The position numbers were made by a program, and so were the translations under genes. A stretch of DNA of 64,000 nucleotides, from the IMG/VR virus record IMGVR_UViG_3300028844_006787; one strand, 5' to 3'. Below are positions 57,250 to 64,000 of the stretch, piece by piece. The notes beneath the pieces are model-generated. The model was not told the DNA's origin. It made no database searches and worked only from the letters and a program-made list of their open reading frames with translations. Every line of letters starts with the position of its first letter. Positions within the stretch are counted from its first letter, which is position 1. This DNA comes from a virus (lineage: Duplodnaviria > Caudoviricetes).

Positions 57250-57675
57250 CTATTTAATTTTCTCCCAACGATTATCATAATTTAATCTGAAAGTACCTAC
57301 GTAATTGTCGTATCCACCAACACGTTCATTAGGAGCAAACAATGAAATAGTATGCTTGTGTGTTGCATTGTGCTTGGTGTATAAATGATACTCGTTGCCT
57401 ATAACAGGTTTCAAACGAAATTCTGCATTGAACATAATATCATTCCATTTAAAGTCTTCCGCAAGTTCTTCAAATTGCTTTTTAAGTGCTTCAAATTTGT
57501 CTGTGTAATGTTTGTTTGCTGAATGAACTGCTCCGTGTTTCCAACCTGTTAATGAGTGATCAGGTTTAATTACAGGTGCGACCAAATCACTTGCATAAGG
57601 CAATGAGTTCGGATGTGGAACTACATTATCAGGAATCTTTTTCTCGGAATTTATTTCTTCTTCTCGGTCTTCCAT
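57250..57675 (-). CDS. DUF2452-like protein
   Basis: LPYAS..APVIK...F..KPVIG..YHLY...GTFRLNYD..W. Confidence 0.75.
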   Translation of the reverse strand: MEDREEEINSEKKIPDNVVPHPNSLPYASDLVAPVIKPDHSLTGWKHGAVHSANKHYTDKFEALKKQFEELAEDFKWNDIMFNAEFRLKPVIGNEYHLYTKHNATHKHTISLFAPNERVGGYDNYVGTFRLNYDNRWEKIK

Positions 57676-57989
57676 TTACCACCTGCATCTTTATACATCT
57701 TGGCAGCCCATCCGTTTGCATAAGCAGAAGGATAAACATCAAACTTCTTTTTTGCTTGTCCTACCCAATATGCCCATTTGCTAGGAGAGGTTGGAACATT
57801 CTTTTCAAGAAATAATTGCATTCTTTCTTCTAATGTTTTTCTTTCCATTTCTTCTTTCACTGGTTTTGATTTTGTATCTTTTCCTGCTTGTCGTTTTTTA
57901 CGACCTGCACAATGTGCTTTTTGACTAAATCCTTTGGGTTTGCTACAATCTATTTTCTTTTTGTAGTCGTTGCTCCACTCTTCGTTCAT
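57651..57989 (-). CDS. Basic phage protein, probable virion-internal (two short modules)
   Basis: WS..YKKKIDCSKPKGFSQKAHC and KKKFDVYPSAYANGW..K.YK..GG.W. Confidence 0.75.
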   Translation of the reverse strand: MNEEWSNDYKKKIDCSKPKGFSQKAHCAGRKKRQAGKDTKSKPVKEEMERKTLEERMQLFLEKNVPTSPSKWAYWVGQAKKKFDVYPSAYANGWAAKMYKDAGGKWKTEKKK

Positions 57990-58336
57990 GAACCTTTTCC
58001 TGTTCCACTTTTTTTACCACTTTTCTGTGTGTAGGTGCTAACATTGATTGGTTTCTTTCCGTTTCTTCCTGCGGATTCTTTTCCACCTCGGTCTGCATCA
58101 TTTTGGGCTGCTCGTTTTCTACGAGTTGCACTTTCTTTTTCTTTGTCAGACATTTTGCTTGCAGTTGCTTGTGGAACGCATTTAGCATATCCTCGTTTGT
58201 CACCACTTGTACCACACGGAGGATGCTTTCCATCATCATCTTTTTTACCGATGTTCACCCACTTACTTTTAAACCAATTACGTAAATCTTCGTCAATAAT
58301 TTCACGAATGATTTGTTTTAGTTCTGATTTCTTCAT
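57986..58336 (-). CDS. Basic phage protein with MKKSELK leader (DUF5872-like)
   Basis: Start MKKSELKQIIREII; DLRNWFKSKWV...CG...KCVP...RRKR. Confidence 0.75.
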   Translation of the reverse strand: MKKSELKQIIREIIDEDLRNWFKSKWVNIGKKDDDGKHPPCGTSGDKRGYAKCVPQATASKMSDKEKESATRRKRAAQNDADRGGKESAGRNGKKPINVSTYTQKSGKKSGTGKGS

Positions 58337-58788
58337 TAAAGATTTCCCCAAAGTTCCTTCCAGTTATCATAATCTTTTGATATATATTTTCTTAAATCTT
58401 TGTCTAAATCTGAACGAACTTGTTCTGCTCCTTTTGGTGTGTGACCCATCGCATCTCGCAAAGCAATTAAAGCAAGATATGCTTTACGATGTTTTTCATA
58501 ACCAGCCTTTTTTGCGATAAAAAGACGTGCTTCCAAATGTTGATTGCGACCAGTCATTCGGGCAATCTTTTTTAATTCTTTATCAGAATATTGTCCGTTC
58601 CTACGTATAGATGCCTCACCTCTTTTTGTGGATAAAACTTCGGAAAGTTCTGTTTGTAAAAATTCTTTAATTTCTGATTTTTTCATTGTAGTATTTTTTG
58701 TTGTTCCTGTTGATTTTATTTCAACATCTTTATTCCAATCTTCTACAAGAATATCTTGAATTAACTTTTTAAGTTCACTTAGTTTCAT
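58336..58788 (-). CDS. Hypothetical protein with duplicated MKxSE(L/I)K leader
   Basis: Start MKLSELKKLIQDILVE 3 nt after TATTTATA; second MKKSEIKEFLQTELSE. Confidence 0.75.
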   Translation of the reverse strand: MKLSELKKLIQDILVEDWNKDVEIKSTGTTKNTTMKKSEIKEFLQTELSEVLSTKRGEASIRRNGQYSDKELKKIARMTGRNQHLEARLFIAKKAGYEKHRKAYLALIALRDAMGHTPKGAEQVRSDLDKDLRKYISKDYDNWKELWGNL

Positions 58789-58831
58789 GCATATAAATAT
58801 ATATAAAACTAAATATTTGACAACAAATAAA

Positions 58832-59104
58832 CTACTCAATAAACGGAGCAATGAATTTTTTCAACTCAACAAGTTCATAAGCAACACGTTGCTCTCCACT
58901 TTCATTCTCAATATGAAACATCAATGAAGAAATTCTTTCGTTTAATTCGGATATAAGTTCTATGCTATCTTCGTCACCACCATCTGCTTCTTCACAAATT
59001 TTTGAGAATGTATCGGTTGATACCCATTTATCAAGAAACTCAAGATGGTTTTCGTTGGCAGAGAAATCTCCGTATAAGTGATCGTGATTATTTTCGTTGT
59101 TCAT
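58832..59104 (-). CDS. Hypothetical acidic protein
   Basis: 90 aa behind TTGACT promoter (~59135-59140). Confidence 0.7.
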   Translation of the reverse strand: MNNENNHDHLYGDFSANENHLEFLDKWVSTDTFSKICEEADGGDEDSIELISELNERISSLMFHIENESGEQRVAYELVELKKFIAPFIE

Positions 59105-59153
59105 GGTTTATATAATATAATTTCCACGAAGTTAAGTCAAATCAAATGTTTAT

Positions 59154-59222
59154 AAAAAAAGAGTTGTTACCAAGATAAACTCGATAACAACTCTGGGAGA
59201 TGATGGTGATATAAAGATATAT
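59154..59222 (-). ncRNA. Candidate ~70-nt small RNA (promoter directly followed by terminator)
   Basis: TTGACT(59257-52)-N17-TAATAT, then ATG-free CU-rich stretch and 15-bp stem plus U-run. Confidence 0.4.
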
Positions 59223-59273
59223 ATATGTATATTATGATTTTATTTCAAAAAAGTCAATTTTTTTTATTTTTTT

Positions 59274-59606
59274 TTACGAAACATAAGCATTTAATTCAAA
59301 ATTACCACTTTCCATGCCATAAACTTGGAAATGAAGATGCTTACGTTGAGGTTTTCCGTTCTTGGTTAATGCAACACTAAACGAATTGCTTTTGCCTACA
59401 CTTGGTCTTGCTCTTCTGTATTTTCCACCAAATGCAACCTCGGTTGTCCAATTTTCTTCGTCTATTTCAAATCCTTTTTTCTCTGCAACTTTTCGTGCTT
59501 CTTCAGCCGCAGACGTAAAAGACTTGTGATAAAGTTTATATTTGTATTCTTTAAGAAGTTTCTGAAACTCTTCTTCTATAACTTGTTTTAATTGTGTTTT
59601 GTTCAT
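59274..59606 (-). CDS. Hypothetical protein with MNKTQLKQVIEEE leader
   Basis: 110 aa; LHFQVYGMESGNFELNAY C-terminus. Confidence 0.75.
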   Translation of the reverse strand: MNKTQLKQVIEEEFQKLLKEYKYKLYHKSFTSAAEEARKVAEKKGFEIDEENWTTEVAFGGKYRRARPSVGKSNSFSVALTKNGKPQRKHLHFQVYGMESGNFELNAYVS

Positions 59607-60091
59607 TAGAATCCTATTGAAATAACTTCTCCGTCAAATTCAATCCAACGATACTTAGGAGCACCACCTTTGCTTAAATACGCAATGGTATCGGATGTAT
59701 GTCGTTCTGATGATGCTTCTATAACTGCTATAAGTCCGTGTATTCCATCAAACGCAGTTTGTGGTCTGCCTTTAAATAACTTTGTCCAATACTTAATAGA
59801 AAGTTGTGCTTTTTTATCCATTGACTTGATGTCAACTTCACTTGCTTCTGTGATTTCTTTAGTCTTGGGACTTCTATCTTCACCAACAATTTCCCAATCT
59901 TCAATTCCAAGTTTCTTCATTTCCTTACGAAGTTCTTGGTTTATCTTTTTGACTTCAGGTGAATCTGCTCCGTGTTTATCACGTGCTTGAAGTTTTGCCA
60001 AAAGCAAATTGCTATACTTTAAATACTTGGATTTTTCGGTAAGAGTTTCACTTTCCGCAATGATTTTTTCAAATGCTTTGTTGATGTCCAT
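59606..60091 (-). CDS. Hypothetical protein, probable virion-internal
   Basis: Start MDINKAFEKIIAESETLTE, 3 nt after TATTTATA. Confidence 0.7.
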   Translation of the reverse strand: MDINKAFEKIIAESETLTEKSKYLKYSNLLLAKLQARDKHGADSPEVKKINQELRKEMKKLGIEDWEIVGEDRSPKTKEITEASEVDIKSMDKKAQLSIKYWTKLFKGRPQTAFDGIHGLIAVIEASSERHTSDTIAYLSKGGAPKYRWIEFDGEVISIGF

Positions 60092-60120
60092 AACTATAAA
60101 TATATATAAATACAAAAAAA

Positions 60121-60213
60121 CTACTCTTCATCGTCTATATTCATTAGAAGTCCGAATATGAATAATAGCAAGGTAAAACCCATACCAACATACAATAGTA
60201 TTTCGTACCACAT
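60121..60213 (-). CDS. Small membrane peptide (30 aa, not in ORF track)
   Basis: MWYEILLYVGMGFTLLLFIFGLLMNIDDEE, starts 1 nt after cyclophilin stop. Confidence 0.5.
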   Translation of the reverse strand: MWYEILLYVGMGFTLLLFIFGLLMNIDDEE

Positions 60214-60214
60214 A

Positions 60215-60649
60215 TTACTCGTCAATAGTAACACTAAATGTGTCACCCTGACGAATGCTAGGAATCAATTCAATTCCTTCAGTAACCTTTCCAAAACAAG
60301 TATGAAGTCCATCAAGATGAGCAGTTGCTTGACGTGAATGAACAATAAAGAATTGTGAACCACCTGTATTGGGTCCTGCGTGTGCCATACTTAATACTCC
60401 TGTGTCGTGATGTTGATTGTCACCATTAACTTCACAATCAATTTGGTATCCTGGTCCACCACTTCCTGTTCCATGTGGACATCCACCTTGTGCTACGAAT
60501 CCGTCAATTACTCTATGAAAGTTTAATCCTTCGTAGAATCCTTTGTTTGCTAAATCGCAAAAGTTCTTCACCGTATTGGGTGCATCGTTATCATAAAACT
60601 CTACTTTGAGAGTGCCTGCATTTGTTGTAATTGTTCCTGTTGTACTCAT
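60215..60649 (-). CDS. Cyclophilin-type peptidyl-prolyl cis-trans isomerase
   Basis: APNTVKNF, FYEGLNFHRVIDGFVAQGG, LSMAHAG..TGGSQFFI, HLDG.HTCFGKV. Confidence 0.97.
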   Translation of the reverse strand: MSTTGTITTNAGTLKVEFYDNDAPNTVKNFCDLANKGFYEGLNFHRVIDGFVAQGGCPHGTGSGGPGYQIDCEVNGDNQHHDTGVLSMAHAGPNTGGSQFFIVHSRQATAHLDGLHTCFGKVTEGIELIPSIRQGDTFSVTIDE

Positions 60650-60694
60650 AATAATTGAAATATATTACACAAATAATATACCAATTGCAACTTT

Positions 60695-60958
60695 TTAATT
60701 ACATTTTACGATTCTAAGAGTGCAATCGTTTGAACCTTTAATGATTCTATGAAATGAATTTTTTGGAATAGATATTTTTTGATTCAAAGAAATTGGAAGT
60801 TGATCATCAAATTGAAACTTCCAATCCGTTTCGTGCAATGCTTCTATTTCACGGTCTTCACGATCAAGATGCCATACTAAATCTGTTTCGGGTGTATTTT
60901 CGGAGAATGTACGAATATAAATGTTTTGCCAAATTTTATGTTCTATATATGGTTTCAT
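60695..60958 (-). CDS. Small cupin-like phage protein
   Basis: LVWHLDREDR...WKFQFD...IPKNSFHRIIKG. Confidence 0.75.
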   Translation of the reverse strand: MKPYIEHKIWQNIYIRTFSENTPETDLVWHLDREDREIEALHETDWKFQFDDQLPISLNQKISIPKNSFHRIIKGSNDCTLRIVKCN

Positions 60959-61479
60959 AATAATTTTGTAACGGTTCTTGCAAGAGCATGAACTTTTGTT
61001 CCACCAACCGCAGTTCTTAATGAATTAACTGAACTTTGCATAAACTCTGAATCTTTAATTAAATCAAATACTTCTATTCCAGCATTGAATGCCATAAGTA
61101 ACACAACTAGTGCAAACAGAATATGAGTTACTTTATTGATTTGCTTTTCATCTTTGGTAAATAAACCCACTGCTTTGCGAATCGGAAACATAAATCGTTT
61201 ATCGTTTGCTTTAACAAAGTTTTCAATTTTCTCTGCAGCTGCTTGCCCTTTACCAAATTCGTATTTTTTGCTTATGCGTTTTACAAGTTTGCTTAATAGT
61301 CCCATGATACCATTGCTTAACATTACATAAGCAACGATACTTAATACTACTTCGTTTAGTTGTTCTTGATTTTCAAGTTCGTCTTTTAATTCTTTTGCAA
61401 GTTCGTCCGCAATATCAACAAACTCATTTCCAAGTTTGCTTTCTAATTGTATTTCGGAAACTAAACTACCAAGTTTCAT
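60955..61479 (-). CDS. Hypothetical protein with hydrophobic segments
   Basis: 174 aa; QLE and LNE motifs precede hydrophobic helices. Confidence 0.7.
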   Translation of the reverse strand: MKLGSLVSEIQLESKLGNEFVDIADELAKELKDELENQEQLNEVVLSIVAYVMLSNGIMGLLSKLVKRISKKYEFGKGQAAAEKIENFVKANDKRFMFPIRKAVGLFTKDEKQINKVTHILFALVVLLMAFNAGIEVFDLIKDSEFMQSSVNSLRTAVGGTKVHALARTVTKLL

Positions 61480-62073
61480 TTACCAATAGGTATTTTGATT
61501 ATCACCCATTCCAAGTTGCTTTGCATATCGTGGAAGATTGCAAGACCAATATCCAGGAGAGGTTCTATCTTTCTTGGTTGAACATTTATGACGGTCTGCA
61601 AATGCTTTGCGTCTTTCTGGATCTTTGAACTTCACACTAAGACCTGTGGTATCTCCAAAAGAAACTTTACGAACATTACCACTTTTTGGGTCTTTAACAT
61701 AAACATAAAACTTTTTATCTCCACCACGTTTTGGTTTATTAAGTTCAACATCTTTGCCTTGGTATTCAACTTCGTGAATTTGAAATGGACAATCCAATGG
61801 AACTCGTTTTCCTTCATATTCACCCCATGTTCCAATATCAGTATTTTCAATTAAATGTTTATCAACTTCACTCAACTGAATTTTATTTTTAGCATTAAGT
61901 TTTCTTGCTTCTTCAAATAAATCAATATATGAATCTGAACCATAACGAAATACTCCTTCTACTAGAGTAGAATGATTATCAAGATGAAATTGAAGATGCT
62001 TGGATGTTGATTGAATATTAAGAAGATTGTGAATTTCTTCTTTAATAACTGATTTTAGTTTTGCGATTTTCAT
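61480..62073 (-). CDS. Conserved phage protein (DUF6321-like C-terminus) with MKIAKLKSVIKEEI leader
   Basis: EYQGKDVELNKP..KKFYVYVK..GNVRKVSFGD..RRKAF..RHKC..PGYWSC. Confidence 0.8.
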   Translation of the reverse strand: MKIAKLKSVIKEEIHNLLNIQSTSKHLQFHLDNHSTLVEGVFRYGSDSYIDLFEEARKLNAKNKIQLSEVDKHLIENTDIGTWGEYEGKRVPLDCPFQIHEVEYQGKDVELNKPKRGGDKKFYVYVKDPKSGNVRKVSFGDTTGLSVKFKDPERRKAFADRHKCSTKKDRTSPGYWSCNLPRYAKQLGMGDNQNTYW

Positions 62074-62145
62074 GTGAATATATATATTTTGTTGAGTTAC
62101 TTTTATATCACCTACCTGTGTATTTTACAATATAAGTTTTCATTT

Positions 62146-62616
62146 TCAATCTACATTTACAAAGTCTAATGCTTTTGCAACATTTACATCAAGAATTCGT
62201 GTGATTTTATTATCGTTGATGCTTACACATTGTTTACCAGGTCGTCCTGAAATTTCACAAGTACGACTTGACCAAGTTTCCACAAGATTTTTGAGTTCTT
62301 TTAATCTTGATTGTAAGTCATTTTCAACTTTTTCATTTGGATTTGCACCAACCCACTCAACATCAAATTCGAGTGTTAAACGACCACCCCACTCTTGACG
62401 AAGCATTTTGGAAATGCTAACTTTGCATTCCATTTTGCCATCTTCTGTATGATTATATCCCCAATGAATAATGTTTATGCGATCTTTAATATGATAACAA
62501 ATCGTATCAATAATAACAAACCATCCATCATCCACGGGTAATCCCGATGGAAAATCATTTTTATTTAATACTGCAAAATGTTCTTGGAATAACTTATTCT
62601 CAAGAGTTTTATTCAT
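62146..62616 (-). CDS. Conserved hypothetical phage protein
   Basis: DDGWF.II...EWGG.L...SSRTCEISGRPG. Confidence 0.7.
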   Translation of the reverse strand: MNKTLENKLFQEHFAVLNKNDFPSGLPVDDGWFVIIDTICYHIKDRINIIHWGYNHTEDGKMECKVSISKMLRQEWGGRLTLEFDVEWVGANPNEKVENDLQSRLKELKNLVETWSSRTCEISGRPGKQCVSINDNKITRILDVNVAKALDFVNVD

Positions 62617-62831
62617 TTGCTAGTAACACAACTCCAATTCAATGGTTCGTTGTTACCCAAATCACAAGCAATTTCAATGTTGCTGATATGATGCCATGCT
62701 TCTTCTGCTACACCTGTGGTTTTCTTGAATTCATCGTCAAGAAAACTTTTTTTAATAAAATTAGCAATAACTGAGATGTCTTCTTGAATACACTCTAGTC
62801 TATGCAGATATTCTGTCTCTTTGGTTTTCAT
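62613..62831 (-). CDS. Hypothetical protein
   Basis: 72 aa, ATGA overlap. Confidence 0.65.
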   Translation of the reverse strand: MKTKETEYLHRLECIQEDISVIANFIKKSFLDDEFKKTTGVAEEAWHHISNIEIACDLGNNEPLNWSCVTSK

Positions 62832-63036
62832 CTATTTTATATTTTTTTCTAAGTGCTTCGTAAGCATCCCACATTTTCAAATAACGAAATTTGTGCATTT
62901 CAATTACACCAATAAGCATATTCATTAATTGATCTTCCGTTGGTGTAACTTTACAATCTCCGATGCTATACAAAATAGTTTCAAGTTCATCTTGTAAAGC
63001 AGCCATATCTGCCATATCTGCTTCAAGTTGTTCCAT
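62800..63036 (-). CDS. Hypothetical protein
   Basis: 78 aa; TEDQLMNMLIG pattern common in phage orphans. Confidence 0.65.
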   Translation of the reverse strand: MEQLEADMADMAALQDELETILYSIGDCKVTPTEDQLMNMLIGVIEMHKFRYLKMWDAYEALRKKYKIDENQRDRISA

Positions 63037-63319
63037 TTCGTTTTATTGCCTCTTTTACTGCTGTTTCTGCTAACTCATTGAAACTCATATTGTTTTCGTG
63101 AGCATATTTCAAATACTTTACATAATCTTCTTCGTCAAGTTCAAGTTCAACCGTTTGATATTTTACTTTACGACAAAGCACACCATTTTCAGTTTCTTCC
63201 CATTTTAAATCGTCACCTGGTTTCCATCCAAGATTTTTCATTAAAACATCAGGTAGTTCAAAAAAGAATTCATCAGTTTCTGAATCTTTTTGTATTGGTA
63301 TTTCATATAGATTACTCAT
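63023..63319 (-). CDS. AbrB/MazE-like DNA-binding protein with C-terminal ribbon-helix-like segment
   Basis: FFELPDVLMKNLGWKPGDDLKW; AHENNMSFNEL. Confidence 0.7.
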   Translation of the reverse strand: MSNLYEIPIQKDSETDEFFFELPDVLMKNLGWKPGDDLKWEETENGVLCRKVKYQTVELELDEEDYVKYLKYAHENNMSFNELAETAVKEAIKRNGTT

Positions 63320-63584
63320 CGTGCATATCTTTTGTTATGTGTTTATTGTCTTCGTTTAATACAAAACTTTCATCTTCCCAACGATTTGAATATTTGTTGA
63401 ACTTTTCTACTTTCAGAATCTCAAATTCCCATTTACGATGCTTTGCCATTTCAATCTGAAATTCTATTGCTTGATTTGCATCTTCACACATATAATAATG
63501 ATAACTAGGAATTGTAGCATTCTTGGTAAGATATTTTATCCGATACTCGTGTATCGGTATTTGACTATATCTTTTTTTATTCAC
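63312..63584 (-). CDS. Hypothetical protein
   Basis: 90 aa ORF. Confidence 0.65.
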   Translation of the reverse strand: MNKKRYSQIPIHEYRIKYLTKNATIPSYHYYMCEDANQAIEFQIEMAKHRKWEFEILKVEKFNKYSNRWEDESFVLNEDNKHITKDMHDE

Positions 63585-63835
63585 TTTTTTTCTCTTGAAA
63601 CTATTTTTACGGTAATGTGGTGATCATCAACTTCCTTTGATACCTCAAGAGTTACTTTATTGTAACTTCTTTTGTCAGACCAAAATAATCCATTGATGAT
63701 ATGCGATATACTACTTGGATGTAATCCTGAATGAATTACATTCTCCATATATGGATCTTCAGCAACTCTTGCTATAACTTCTTCTACTTTGATATTCGTA
63801 AAAGTACCGTCCTCGTTTTCTGATTCGTAATTCAT
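63581..63835 (-). CDS. Hypothetical protein
   Basis: 84 aa ORF. Confidence 0.65.
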   Translation of the reverse strand: MNYESENEDGTFTNIKVEEVIARVAEDPYMENVIHSGLHPSSISHIINGLFWSDKRSYNKVTLEVSKEVDDHHITVKIVSREKK

Positions 63836-64000
63836 GCTTCTTGCACTAAATTTCTAATTTCGTTTAATGCTTCAGATACTGCCTCGGAACGTTGATATAA
63901 TACTTCATATTCGTTCTTTTCGGAATTAAGCATATCTGCACGACCCTCGTGGTTTGCACGTTTAAGTGCTTCGGTTAGAAATCTACCTGCTTCATCATCC
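63832..64000 (-). CDS. Partial hypothetical protein (start outside window)
   Basis: Open frame ...DDEAGRFLTEALKR...RNLVQEA* with ATGA overlap at 63832-63835. Confidence 0.55.
   Translation of the reverse strand, partial: DDEAGRFLTEALKRANHEGRADMLNSEKNEYEVLYQRSEAVSEALNEIRNLVQEA

Overview
A very AT-rich, densely coding 64 kb segment best read as part of a large tailed dsDNA (jumbo, distantly T4-like) bacteriophage genome using the standard genetic code. It has no rRNA, integrase, CRISPR array or structural-gene module. Phage evidence: family-B DNA polymerase, gp45-like sliding clamp, clamp-loader ATPase, dUTPase, rIIA/rIIB-like pair, six tRNAs, an HNH nuclease and many small orphan ORFs behind sigma70-type promoters. 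Host-derived cargo is rich: DnaK, DnaJ, ClpP-like protease, M29 aminopeptidase, cyclophilin, IF-1, two tandem glutamate dehydrogenases, 2Fe-2S ferredoxin, phosphomannomutase, cytidylyltransferase, SET-domain protein, Hc1-like histone, four orphan DNA methyltransferases and an ~11 kb sulfotransferase/glycosyltransferase island. The main candidates for novel biology are: (1) the polymerase and the two methyltransferases coupled directly behind it share a C-terminal peptide (NAQKFFAF / NSNKFFSYE / KSKEFFAF), suggesting sliding-clamp-tethered, replication-coupled methylation; (2) two abutting, covarying bulged-G hairpins in the dnaK leader; (3) a shared MKxSELKxII..E leader on unrelated proteins, possibly a capsid-targeting signal; (4) a TATTTATA element 1-6 nt before many ATGs, implying leaderless late mRNAs; (5) a nested inverted-repeat, iteron-like non-coding region at ~40.9-41.7 kb. 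All family assignments come from motif recognition by eye, not from database searches.
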